DNA of 62,930 nucleotides, the filler included, from Octopus bimaculoides (taxonomy: Eukaryota): NCBI RefSeq assembly GCF_001194135.2. It is 5 parts of 5 records of this genome, joined end to end, with 100 filler letters (N's around TTAATTAATTAA, not from the genome) between each part and the next. Parts side by side here need not be neighbours in the genome. Positions count along the whole stretch, not along the records: positions 1 to 17,728 come from NC_069008.1; 4 more parts are not named here. One strand, written 5' to 3'. The notes beneath the pieces were generated by a model that did not search any database, was not told the DNA's origin, and worked only from the letters and a program-made list of their open reading frames with translations. The translations under genes were made by a program, and so were the position numbers. Positions 1 to 11,146 of the stretch are shown here, piece after piece (within the stretch, counting starts at the first letter, position 1; each line of letters starts with the position of its first letter).

Positions 1-400
1 ACCGAGCGCAGCTCTGTGCGCCTTGGGTATGTGCTGTGGTTTGCTGTGGTGCTCTTATGTTTACTGTATTGAAAGTGTTTTGCGTAGGATGTGTGCAGTG
101 CCCAGTAGTGCAATTTTCTGTATGTTATATATATTTGTAAGTCCTGGTGTTTTTGTTATGTATTTGTCTGAATATTTTTTTATTATACCTAAGGCACCTA
201 CTATGATAGGAATTGTTTCTGTTTTTAGATTCCACATTCGAGTTACCTCTATTTCCAGGTCTTTGTATTTTGAAAGTTTTTCCATTTCTTTTAGGGAAAC
301 GTTGTCATCTGCTGGTATTGATACATCAATTAGAAAGCATTTTTTCTTCATCATCTTTGACAACTATATCTGGTCTATTTGCCTTAATATTGTTATTTTT
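1..400 (-). mobile_element. R4/Dong-like non-LTR retrotransposon 3' end (restriction-like endonuclease)
   Basis: IKANRPDIVVKD..CFLIDVSIP..K..KYKDLEIEV.RMW..IPIIVGALG motif with stop at 61-63. Confidence 0.85.
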
Positions 401-534
401 TAATTATTTTTTCTTCCAATTCTCTTCCATTTCTTGCCGAGTGTTTTCCGTGCACCTAGGGCAGAGAAGCTCATTCTATGCATTCTCAGTTTACACACGG
501 GAATTCACAGATAAAATATGTATTTAAAAGAAAA

Positions 535-1210
535 TTAATAAATAACTAAATTCATGAATGGATGTTGTTTACACAGCGATAATGCTCTTCTCAGTACATG
601 AGTCATTCCAGTTAGCACGATGTTTTGCACTTCCTGTAGGGATGGTGAGCCTGGTATCATTTTCAAATAGGTTTCAGTACTTTTTTTTTTATCATTCCTA
701 GAGATCCTACAATCACTGGTACGGTAGTCGCCTTGAGATGCCACATTTTTTCAGTTTCAATTAGCAAGTCTTTATATTTACTGATCTTGTCAAATTCTTT
801 CGCCGCTATATTGTGATCGCAAGGAATACTAATGTCAATTAATAATCACACCTTTTTTGTCTGATCTTTTATAATAATATCCGGTTTATTAGCTTTTATA
901 GTTTTGTCGCTATGTACCAGGAAGTCCCAGAGAATCGACACATTTTCTCCCTCAGTCACAGCTTCAGGGTGGTGTTTATACCATTTGTCAGCGGTTTTGA
1001 TTTTATAATGCCGACATATTGTCCAGTGTAAATACTGGCCGACCCTGTCATGTCTTGCCTTATATTCTACAGGTGCTAAGACTCTACATCCTGAGATCAG
1101 GTGGTCTATAGTTTCAATCTCATCGTTACAGAATCGGTATTTTGGGTCAGCTCCATTTTTTATCACATTGGCTTGGTAGTTCCGGATTAATAAGCTTTGG
1201 TCCTGTGGTC
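535..1210 (-). mobile_element. R4/Dong-like retrotransposon 3' fragment (CCHC knuckle + RLE)
   Basis: RFC..EIETIDHLISGC..RHDRV..HW..WDF..NKPDIII and VLTGMTHVLRRAL. Abuts (TTA)n. Confidence 0.85.

Positions 1211-1263
<53 letters not shown>
1211..1263. repeat. (TTA)n microsatellite
   Basis: Direct reading. Confidence 0.98.
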
Positions 1264-2045
1264 TCTCTTGATCACAGGTTTTGTTGAAACTCCGGAGCCT
1301 TGAATGCGTAGTGGGCTTGCTACTGCAGCCTACGGTACCATGCTATCCGTTCTTTTCAGCTGTCTAATACTTTCTTGATTATTCCGCCCGTGTCAAGGAG
1401 GCAAACCTTTTGTAACAGTTCTACTGGGAGCTCTATTCCAATTTTATTTATATTTCCCACGACGCCTTCTGATACTGTTCACCAGGGTTGTAGTTATCTA
1501 TCTTTTCGCCTTCCTTCTCGACTATTCGTGAGTCAAAGGGACATGCAATATCCACTCTATAGAATATGTGGTGCACCTTGTCCACCACCACTAGGACCGC
1601 TCTGTTATGCTCTAGTACCTGATCTGCTTGGATTGGGAAATCCCAGAGAATTTTGCTAGTCTCCGACTCCGCCACTCTCTGTGGTTTGTACTCATACCAC
1701 ATCTTGCCTCTCTCTAGCCCCTACTTTTCACACAGTTTCCAATGTAGCACTTTCACTACCTGATCGTATCGCCACAACTTGTAGTGGTTTACAGCAAGTC
1801 TAGGGCTTTCGTTTGAGATAGGGGCAATGGTTCCATCCACTCTATTGTAGATGTGGCACAGCAGAGACACTTGTTCATTCCTAAGGTTGACCCTCCAATT
1901 CGTGGCCAGATCTTGGTCCTGCACTGCCAGTATAGCGCTCTCGGTCTATTTTTTTAGTGTTCCTTTCTCAAACCAATCCCACCTATTTTTTCCAGAAATT
2001 TCTGTTGTGGCTACAAGAAATTGATTGTGTAGTCCCTTCTTGCGT
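1264..2045 (-). mobile_element. R4/Dong-like retrotransposon 3' fragment, third and more decayed copy
   Basis: AVQDQDLAT, VLHWKLC, ILWDFPIQAD..VDIACPFD. Confidence 0.8.
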
Positions 2046-2047
2046 AA

Positions 2048-2071
2048 TTCTTCTTCTTCTTCTTCTTCTTC

Positions 2072-2134
<63 letters not shown>
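2048..2134. repeat. (TTC)n-(TTA)n compound microsatellite
   Basis: Direct reading. Confidence 0.97.
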
Positions 2135-2860
2135 GTTCGGTTGTTGTCGCTTTGTTTTATACGAGCTGTTCCACGTCTCATTCTGAGACCTCAAGTAACA
2201 GCATGTTGCTCGTTTTATCGTGGGTGTTACTTACAAGTAGCAATGATATTTTGCAGACTAAGGAATCTAACTACTGAGAATCATAATTACATTAAAACGT
2301 TTGTGGTAATATTGGTGATCTTGTAAGAGTTGTTTCTGATTTGGGCATAAGGCCTAAAACGTCAATGAGAGGGTGTCAGTTGATGCCATCGACTCCAAAA
2401 GATCTGAAACAAATTTCATGAAGCTTTATTCTGGCATTGTAGTGATTCTCTCAGCTCACTACCTTAAATAAAATTTCTAATTTAGGCAGAAACTAAAGAA
2501 TTTCAAATAGGGGCTTTTACACCACAATCTCGACCCAAGTTCTTCACTGGTATTGTATTCTAGAGAATTGAAAGGTGATGATTACGTCGGCGTGAGTTGA
2601 ACTTCACGTTGTCAGTTCAAATTCTGCTGAAGTCATTAAGTTTGCCTTTCGTTTTTGCGTTTTTTGTATCGGTTCCACGACCCAAATTCAAATCCTGCCG
2701 TTGTCAACTTTGTCTTTCATCCACCTGGGGCCGATAAAATTAGGTACAAGTCAAATACTGCGGTCGATCGTATAGATTAAATTCCTCTCCTCGGAACTGT
2801 TGATGTTGGGCCTAAATGAGAAACTATTGTATTTTTATCATTAATATTTTTCTATATTGT

Positions 2861-3036
2861 GGCGGTGAGCTGGCAGAATCGTTAATACGCCGGACGAAAT
2901 GCTTAGCAACATTTCGTCCGTCTTTAAGTTCAAATCCCGCCGAGGTAGACTTTGCCTTTCATCCTTTCCGTGTCGATAAAACAAGGAGTTGAATGTTGAG
3001 GTCGATGTAATCGATTTACTCCTCCTCTGAAATCAA
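2861..3036 (+). mobile_element. tRNA-derived SINE family A (Nin/Deu-like core)
   Basis: Head ggcggtgagctggcagaatcgtta, B-box agttcaaatcc, core ctttgcctttcatcctttcc.gtcgataaaa. Confidence 0.85.
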
Positions 3037-3053
3037 TATTTTTTATATTTCAG

Positions 3054-3232
3054 CTGGTAAATGGATTAAAGTCTATGCTGTGTCAATGAAAGCTGGTTCG
3101 AATGTCTATGATTCCTTTCTTAACAAAGGTAATTTTTCCTCATGGAATGTAGACAAATGTAACGGTACCTTTTGCCCTAACTTCTTCCGGCATTCTATCA
3201 TTGACTCCTGGAATCATCTTCCGATTGATGAG
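3054..3232 (+). CDS. Host gene, internal coding exon A (xGKWIKVYAVSMKAG...FFRHSIIDSWNHLPIDE)
   Basis: Acceptor ttttatatttcAG at 3052-3053 and donor GAG|GTATGT at 3233. Open frame of 179 nt, phase 1 in and phase 0 out, joining exon B in frame. Confidence 0.88.
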
Positions 3233-3758
3233 GTATGTACACACATATACACACATGTTATAAGTGCGTATGCACGTACAATATGCATACTGACAGACAA
3301 ATATATGTATATTCACGAATAAAGATACTAAAGCAGCCAGCTAAATTGAACATATTTACCTGTAATCCACAGATACAGAAATCATTAATTTTTTAAATCT
3401 GAAAGACGAGGTTAAATCTAATTGCGTTTGGATTCAGAACGTAACGTAACTCTGTTACATGCCACAAAATATTTCAATAAACATAATAAAAATGACAAAA
3501 ATGCAATAATTATGACAAAAAAAAAAAATAATGACAAAAATGCTAGAACAGTCAAATAAATTGAACCTCGATAGTTTACTGATAATCATTCCTTTAGTTT
3601 TAGAAACCTGAAAGATGAAATAAAAAGATTACGACATATTATTAAAGACACGAAATTTGATCCTGTCCGGATTAATTTGCCCATTGCTGTACATCCATCC
3701 ATCCATCCATCCACCCATCCATCATCCATCATCCATCCATCCATACACACACTCATAT

Positions 3759-3789
<31 letters not shown>

Positions 3790-3889
3790 NNNNNNNNNNN
3801 NNNNNNNNNNNNNNNNNNNNNNNNNNNNNNNNNNNNNNNNNNNNNNNNNNNNNNNNNNNNNNNNNNNNNNNNNNNNNNNNNNNNNNNNN

Positions 3890-4660
3890 TGGTGACTTTG
3901 ACGTGTGCGTGTGTGTATGTGTAGGTGTGTGGATGTGGGACTAGGAAGTGGTCAGTGCTAGTGCGTGCATGGTGGTGTGATGTGATGTGATGTGGTGTTG
4001 TGTGGTATGGTGGTGTATGTAGTGGTGTGTGGTGTGGTGTGGGGGTGTTCGAATGTGGGAGAGGCGAGAGTGGGGGTAGAGGTGGGACATGCTGAAGTGG
4101 GTGTAAGGGATGGGCTGGGAGTGGGATAAGATGGAAGGTGGGGTTGGATTGTGTGGGATGGGGTTACGAGGGAGGGGTGACGATGAAGAGAAAGGAGGAA
4201 GGTGGGTAAGAGTGAAGAGAAGAGAGAAGGAGAGTAGGAGTGAAGAGAAGTAGGAGTAGGAGAGTAGGAGTGAAGAGAAGTAGGAGTAGGAGCAAGAGAG
4301 GAGAGGTAGGTGGAAGGAAGAAGGTGTGAGAGGGAGAGAGGAGAGGGGAGGAGGTTAGATGAGCCCATGTAGCGCAAAGGAGCGAAGAGAGAAGATTAAT
4401 CCCTGTTCACGGCGCAAACGGGAGTCCGGATGGCCCCTGTGCAAGGACAGTCCGAACACAGACAGGTGTTGCAAAGAGTGACCAGTAGAGCGGAAATGGC
4501 GCAAGACCGGGGTGTCATTGCCAAGTCGGATGTCTCGGAGGTGTTCCGCGAACCGGTCAGCCAAGCGGCGTCCCGTTTGACCGATGTATAAAGAAGGGCA
4601 GAGAGAGCAGGAGATGCAGTAGATAACATTGGTAGAAGTGCAGGTGAAGGAGTCGGTGAT
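3890..4660 (-). mobile_element. Penelope-like element 3' fragment: GIY-YIG endonuclease (4355-4660) plus low-complexity 3' UTR, in intron A-B
   Basis: FTCTSTNVIYCISC..C..LYIGQTGRRLADRFAEH. Confidence 0.9.
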
Positions 4661-4686
4661 ATATATATATACACACACACACATAT

Positions 4687-4733
<47 letters not shown>

Positions 4734-4810
4734 CTCTCTCTCTCACATATTCATACATATATGTATATTATTTACATATAATTATGAATATTAACTTGTT
4801 ATTTTGTTAG

Positions 4811-4974
4811 GTAAAACTCGTAATTTACAAAAACCAATCGGCTATTGTAAATATGGTGTTTGAAGGTCGAAATTCAAACATTGAAAACTGGTTCTCTATC
4901 ACAAATCTGAAAAGCTCCCCATGGCATGATCTAACTCCAGGCAACGTTCCTGTGTTCTCACTTCAAGGAAATAA
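4811..4974 (+). CDS. Host gene, coding exon B (VKLVIYKNQSAIVNMVFEGRNSNIENWFSITNLKSSPWHDL...FSLQGN)
   Basis: Branch-like ttaac, acceptor attttgttAG at 4809-4810, donor AA|GTATGT at 4975. 164 nt, phase 0 in and phase 2 out. Confidence 0.9.
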
Positions 4975-5491
4975 GTATGTCATTATTATCACTATATTTT
5001 TTATGCTTATGTCATATTACGTCCTGGGATCAATTAACACGCATATTAACTTTGCTTTTCAGCCATCTGTGGGCAATAAATGAATTATGTTTCTACCAAT
5101 TGATTGCATTTAATTGATTATAACATATCACCTGTATTCGAGAGAATACATAAAGATCATTGTTTCTCAAAAAAAAAAAACTGGTATTATTGTAAAGGAC
5201 AACTTTGACTTACATCCCTCTTAAATAATGGGCCGAACTTATCTGTGATTGTTATATTCTCTTGTGGTACTCCATCTTCCATTGCTCTTTGAGATTACCG
5301 CCTCCAGTTTGCTTTTATTACCCCCATATTTCAGGCTTAGTATCTATAGTACAAGTTCTTCTTCTTCTTCTTCTTCTTCTTCTTCTTCTTCTTCTTCTGT
5401 TAAAAAAGTACCAGTAACGCACTGTGGTTGATGTAATCGACTTAACCTACTCCCCCAAGCTGCCGTTGTGGCAAAAATTTGAAATCCTTAC

Positions 5492-5531
<40 letters not shown>

Positions 5532-5713
5532 GAGTGAGAGAGAAGTACATGCCATCAAAGTGACACTGGGGTAAAATATACGAAGCCCAGAACACCCGTC
5601 ATGGCTACTGCTGTGGCGGACCTCACCAGGTGAGAAGTGGGCTGGTCCAGTACTAATAAATGGTGAACTGACACAGTTAGTGGTTTCAGTTAGCCAGTCC
5701 CGCAGAGAGCTCA

Positions 5714-6620
5714 TAAATCTATTTTCCTACCCTTCCTTAATACCGGTTCCCATATGCTACTCATACTGCACTCGGTCTGCTTAGGAGGTTGTTGTGTCCT
5801 AGCATATGTGTTGCTTCTTTTTATTTTCGTATTTTCCAGTGGTGTTCTCTGTCTATTATTTTAGCATCATCCCACAGGCGAAGGTGGTCTCCATTTTCCA
5901 TACATGATCAGCTATACCCGATTTATCAATATCTTCTCGTGTCACAGCTTCGTGATGTTCTTCTACTCCTATTTTGAGGTGGTGGTATGTCTCGCCTTTG
6001 TATGACCTACCACAGCTGCATAGGATGGAGTTCACGCAGTATTTGGTCATATTCTCTTCTATTGGTGGTTTTACTCGAAGGAGATATTTGCGAAGTGTTG
6101 TATTACTTTTGAATACTGTACTGAGGTCATATGGGCCGCATATCTTTTGTATTTTTTCGGAGAGGCCTTTCACATAGGGTACACAGATTGTGGACCGTTC
6201 ATTGGTTTCATTCTCTCGTTTCTTCATAATTAGAGTGGATAGTATACTTTTGGGTTAGTTGTTGCTTGATAGGTTGTTATTGAGCTTAATCATTTCTTCG
6301 TGGTGTGTATCACGATCGCTACTTATATTCTTTGCACGATGTTTTAGGCACTGAGCAAATCCTCTTGTCACACTGTATGGATGACACGAGGAGATATTGA
6401 TAAATCGGGTATAGCTGATCATGTATGGAAAAATGGAGACCACCTCCTCCTGTGGGATGAAGTTGAAATGATAGACAGAGGACACCACTGGAAAATACGA
6501 AAACTAAAAGAAGCAGCACATATGCTAGGACACAAGAACCTCCTAAGCAGAGCGAGTGCGGATATGAGTAGCATATGGGAACCGGTATTAAGGAAGGGTA
6601 GGAAAATATCAGATTTATAT
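5714..6620 (-). mobile_element. Penelope-like element, 5'-truncated, with an inverted copy of its 3' end
   Basis: Minus strand PYVKGLSEKI..CSCGRSYKGET..EH..KSGIADHVW. The same C-terminal region is repeated on the + strand at about 6375-6620. Confidence 0.88.
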
Positions 6621-6626
6621 GCCCAC

Positions 6627-6699
6627 GGGCATATCGTGTAGTGGTTAAGAGCGCGGGCTACTAACCCCAAGATTCCGAGTTCGATCCCAAGCAGTGACC
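6627..6699 (+). mobile_element. tRNA-like (Pol III A/B box) segment following the PLE copy
   Basis: A-box tgtagtggttaag and B-box gagttcgatcc. Acceptor stem is imperfect, so not called a tRNA gene. Confidence 0.6.
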
Positions 6700-6952
6700 G
6701 GGATCAGCCGAAACGTTGTGTTAAGAAACAAGATGAGGGCAAATATCCGTCAAATGTAAATAATGTACATAATTCCCCATCTCTTAAATATAGAACTGTA
6801 TTTTCTCTTTCTTTTACCCCTCTTCAAGTAGATCCTGTGTACATTCGCCTTAGGTTGTAGGGCACTATACATCGTCATTGTCTTTCCAGTAGTGCTATCG
6901 AGTTGGTTAATCTGCGCTTGTGTCTATTTTAGGATAGGTGCAATATAGCGGA

Positions 6953-6989
<37 letters not shown>

Positions 6990-7011
6990 TTCATTATTAC
7001 TATTATTATTA

Positions 7012-7045
<34 letters not shown>

Positions 7046-7053
7046 GTTATTAA

Positions 7054-7273
7054 GGCGGCGACCTGGCAGAATCGTTAGCACGCCGGACAAAATACCTAGC
7101 GACATTTCGCCCGTCTTCATGTTCTGAGTTCAAATTCTGCCGAGGTCGACTTTACCTTTCATCCTTTTAGTGTCGATAAAATAAGTACCAGTCGATCACT
7201 GGGGTCGATGTAATCGATTATCCCCTCCTCCAAACTTGTTGACCTTGTGCCAAAATCTGAAATCATTATTATT
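7054..7273 (+). mobile_element. SINE family A, full length, inside a (TTA)n tract
   Basis: Head, core and tail gaaatcattattatt. Confidence 0.9.
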
Positions 7274-7283
7274 TCTTCCATAG

Positions 7284-7447
7284 CTTAAACCGCTACTTCT
7301 ATATAGGGCGTTTCGAAGGTGCGTGTGAGGCAGATCGTGGCTGGCTGGTTGTTATTCAAGGTCCACGCACATGTCCATATGCAGTTTTACAGCATTACCC
7401 TTCAATTTTCTATGCCAGCACGGATTCCCAAACCACCTGGGCAAGCG
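7284..7447 (+). CDS. Host gene, coding exon C (NLNRYFYIGRFEGACEADRGWLVVIQGPRTCPYAVLQHYPSIFYASTDSQTTWAS)
   Basis: Acceptor tttcttccatAG at 7282-7283, donor G|GTGAGT at 7448. 164 nt, phase 2 in matches exon B. No stop codons. Absent from the ORF track. Confidence 0.9.
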
Positions 7448-7509
7448 GTGAGTCTTTTGTCGTCTTTTCTTTCACATTTTCTCTAAGTATTTGTGTTCCT
7501 TTCAATGTA

Positions 7510-7543
<34 letters not shown>

Positions 7544-7894
7544 AGCAACTACTACTACTACTACTACTACTACCGTTGCTGTTGCTGATGCTGTTGCTGC
7601 TGCTGTTAGCACTACTTTTGTAATTGTTATACATATTGGAACCGGCGTGGGTGTGTGATAAGGAGTTTGTTTCCTAATTACATGGTTTCGGGTTCAGTCC
7701 CACTGCGTGGCACTTTAGGCAAGTGCCTTGATTATAATTCCGCAACCTTACCTCACCTTAGAAAAATCAATTTTTGTAATTTTTTTAATTTCAATTAACT
7801 TTCTTAAACTTGGTTAAAATTACAAATACTTTATTAAAATATAAGTTTTGTAGCATAATATTTAATAGTTATGATAAACCTTTCTACTGGAAGT

Positions 7895-8065
7895 ACGAGG
7901 CCCCAAATTTGGGGGAAGGGATTAAGTCGATTACCTCGACCCCAGTGCGTAAGTGGTACTTATTCAAACTACCCCAAAAGGGGATGAAAGACAAAGACGA
8001 CCCCGGCGGAATTTGAACTCAAAACGTAGCGGTAGACGCGCAAACGATTCTGCCAGTTCGCTGCC
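7895..8065 (-). mobile_element. SINE family A
   Basis: Reverse complement of head and core. Confidence 0.8.
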
Positions 8066-8071
8066 TTATTA

Positions 8072-8299
8072 CTGGGTTGTCCGGAAAGTTCGTGCCGATT
8101 TTTAAAGGGAAGAAAAAGATCAATAAATACTTGCCATTACATTTTTAATCAACCAAATATGAACCATTTTGTTGCACAATACGTCTCCATCTTCACTTCA
8201 ACTTGAAAATACCCTCTTCCCAGAATTGAGGTGGTTTCATGGCAAATAAGTCGAAAGATAAGCTGCTATAAATCGGCACGAACTTTCCGGACAACCCAA
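8072..8299 (-). mobile_element. Internally deleted mariner element (MITE-like)
   Basis: About 30-bp TIRs (ctgggttgtccggaaagttcgtgccgattt / aaatcggcacgaactttccggacaacccaa) flanked by TA. Interior encodes the transposase C-terminus KPPQFWEEGIFKL..RWRRIVQQNGSY. Confidence 0.9.
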
Positions 8300-8879
8300 T
8301 AATAGTTGTAATAATAATACAATCTTTTTAACATAATTTTCTCAAGAACCTCTTCATCCTTACTTCTCAGTCACATTTCAGTCACCTCCTCTTACTCCCT
8401 TCTTTCTTTGTTTCTTTACTCTCCCTCCTACTTATATTCTCCTACCCCTTTCTATCAGTCATCCCTTCTTTATATATTTCTTTCTCTCTGCCTCTCTTTC
8501 TCTGTCTTCCCCGGTGTCTCTTCTGTTTGCTTTTCTCTCTCTACCACTCTCCTTTCTTTCTATGTTTGTTTACAATCCATACTCCGACTACCGCCAAAGT
8601 TCGCCGCGTAGAGAAAGGTAAATATAATACGTTCCCTCTCTGATAGAGAAAAAGCATTCACAAAAATTCAGTGGAGCCTGGTCAAATATAACAACAACAA
8701 CAACGACACAAACGGCCACAACAACACAAACAACAACAGCAACAGTAAAAATTTATTCTTTTATTAGCCGCAAGGGCTCACATACATAAAACATTAAATA
8801 ACATGCAACAACATAAAAGACAAAAACAGGACGATAGAATGGGTTTTACAGCGTGTATACAATATAAATAAAAATTAGA

Positions 8880-9310
8880 ATTGAACAAATTAAAACCCCT
8901 AATTGAGGAGGTGCTTTAAGGTCCTCGTGGAAAAACCCAGAAAAGCCACGGGTGTCTGATCAACAGGGCAAGAACACTTCTTTAATTTTTTTTTCATAGG
9001 TGTACACTCAGAATTGGTCGTTTCATACTGGCCATTCTTCCAACATTCACCTACCTTTCAGCAAAGTTGCTACAAGGCAACACTTCCCTCTCTACCCTCA
9101 ACTTCCTTTTCAATTGAAACTTGAAAAAGTTGATGAGACTTTGGCCAAAGAGGAAAGTGTCTGTCTTTAGCCCTTTCAAACGGGTCCACCATACTACCTA
9201 TTTCGCCACAGCCTCCAGACAAATAAGAATTACCTGCTCCTCCCGGCCAAAAGAGGACGGCGGGGCAATCTTCACACTGGATTCAGCTGATAGCCGGATT
9301 CGTCCCACTA
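8880..9310 (-). mobile_element. Tx1/L1-like LINE 3' end
   Basis: VVWWTRLKGLKT..LINFFKFQLKRKLRVEREVL..FAERWV. Confidence 0.65.
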
Positions 9311-9553
9311 CGACAACAGTCATAATACCTCCGAACATATTGACAATGACACCAACAGAAACGGTAACTTCACAAACAGCAGCAACAACAACCATCGCGA
9401 TGACAACGCGAACGAACACACACTAGAACAATATTTTGTCAAGTTTGCTTCTACAGATATTTTATAGAAATTTATAGCCAGCACTGATTTTTGCTACAAC
9501 GTTTCGTATCGAGATGTCAGATGTAAACAATGTGACAGAAGACAAAAATGGGC

Positions 9554-9607
9554 AATGAGTGTATATGCCATATTTCGGGTGTTGTTTCCCCTTCATCAAC
9601 ACTCATC
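9554..9607 (-). ncRNA. Type I hammerhead ribozyme-like motif (core has C3U)
   Basis: GAUGAGUG-UUGAUGA-A-GGG(GAAACAACA)CCC-GAA-AUAU(GGC)AUAU-A-CACUCAUU. All three stems pair. Confidence 0.7.
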
Positions 9608-9938
9608 TAACCTATTGTTGCCTCCGAACACATTGCATATATAGCCACCGCATACAGCAGCGTTAAGTTATTGAATATATCAAATTTACATATTAGACGC
9701 ATTCTTGGTGGCTGCTGTGTAAACATTAATGATTTGTAGTATGTGGTACTTCGTTATGCAAACATAATATACTATAAAATATACTAAATGTTTTTCTCAA
9801 TCAGTACCACGTTCCACTGCGTCAGCTTCTTACATTATTTTGTTAAGGTTGTTTCTATAAATCGACAGCCTGCCCAACTACATCCAGGCGATGCAACCCA
9901 AGATCACCAATGTGAGGGAAACAACGGTATGGGAGTAT

Positions 9939-9994
<56 letters not shown>

Positions 9995-11146
9995 NNNNNN
10001 NNNNNNNNNNNNNNNNNNNNNNNNNNNNNNNNNNNNNNNNNNNNNNNNNNNNNNNNNNNNNNNNNNNNNNNNNNNNNNNNNNNNNNNNNNNNNNNNNNNN
10101 NNNNNNNNNNNNNNNNNNNNNNNNNNNNNNNNNNNNNNNNNNNNNNNNNNNNNNNNNNNNNNNNNNNNNNNNNNNNNNNNNNNNNNNNNNNNNNNNNNNN
10201 NNNNNNNNNNNNNNNNNNNNNNNNNNNNNNNNNNNNNNNNNNNNNNNNNNNNNNNNNNNNNNNNNNNNNNNNNNNNNNNNNNNNNNNNNNNNNNNNNNNN
10301 NNNNNNNNNNNNNNNNNNNNNNNNNNNNNNNNNNNNNNNNNNNNNNNNNNNNNNNNNNNNNNNNNNNNNNNNNNNNNNNNNNNNNNNNNNNNNNNNNNNN
10401 NNNNNNNNNNNNNNNNNNNNNNNNNNNNNNNNNNNNNNNNNNNNNNNNNNNNNNNNNNNNNNNNNNNNNNNNNNNNNNNNNNNNNNNNNNNNNNNNNNNN
10501 NNNNNNNNNNNNNNNNNNNNNNNNNNNNNNNNNNNNNNNNNNNNNNNNNNNNNNNNNNNNNNNNNNNNNNNNNNNNNNNNNNNNNNNNNNNNNCAAAAAG
10601 AGACCGATAGAATAGGTACTAGGCTTACAAAGAATAAGTCCTTGCGGTCGATTTGCTCAACTAAAGGCGGTGCTCCAGCATGGCCACAGTCAAATGACTG
10701 AAACAAGTACAAGAATAAAAGAATTCCTTTGCACTTTTTTGAAATGCTCATCTCCTTAGCAGACAAATCTTATTTTTAAAGGGGTGGGGTGAGGAATACC
10801 ACCTCTTCCCTTTTATATCATTTCTTTTAGAGGCACAAGTAGACGTTTTTGATGGGGATTAAGGTCGGAAGTAGATGAATACTGGAATGGAGGAGAGAAA
10901 AGAAAAAGGAGGGCGGAGGAGGAACATGAACAAAGGTAGGCTCAGGATGAAGGATGATGAGCTATTTGAAGAAGAAAGATAGAAGGAGGTGACCTCATGA
11001 CCATATAGAAGTCCTTTTGGGGAAATCCCCGTTGTTAATATTGATGTTTATATAACAGCTCAGCCATAGTTAGCACCAGCAGTACAATAATAGCAACAAC
11101 TGCAGCGGTAACAGTATTAGTAGTAATGATAGTAGTAATAGTAGTC

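Noticed and set aside
3180-3232. FFRHSIIDSWNHLP resembles a CR1 LINE C-terminal motif
   Set aside because: It is bounded by splice sites and continues in frame into two further exons, so it is host coding sequence.
5063-5115. Nearby acceptor ttttcAG as a candidate exon C
   Set aside because: Gives an early stop and lacks the motifs found at 7284.
6627-6699. Functional tRNA gene (also SINE heads at 20651 and 42281)
   Set aside because: Acceptor stem is not formed and the heads are attached to repeat bodies.
9855-10766. Long ORFs spanning N gaps (also near 20000, 33750, 36000, 42600 and 49800)
   Set aside because: Length comes from X codons and microsatellites.
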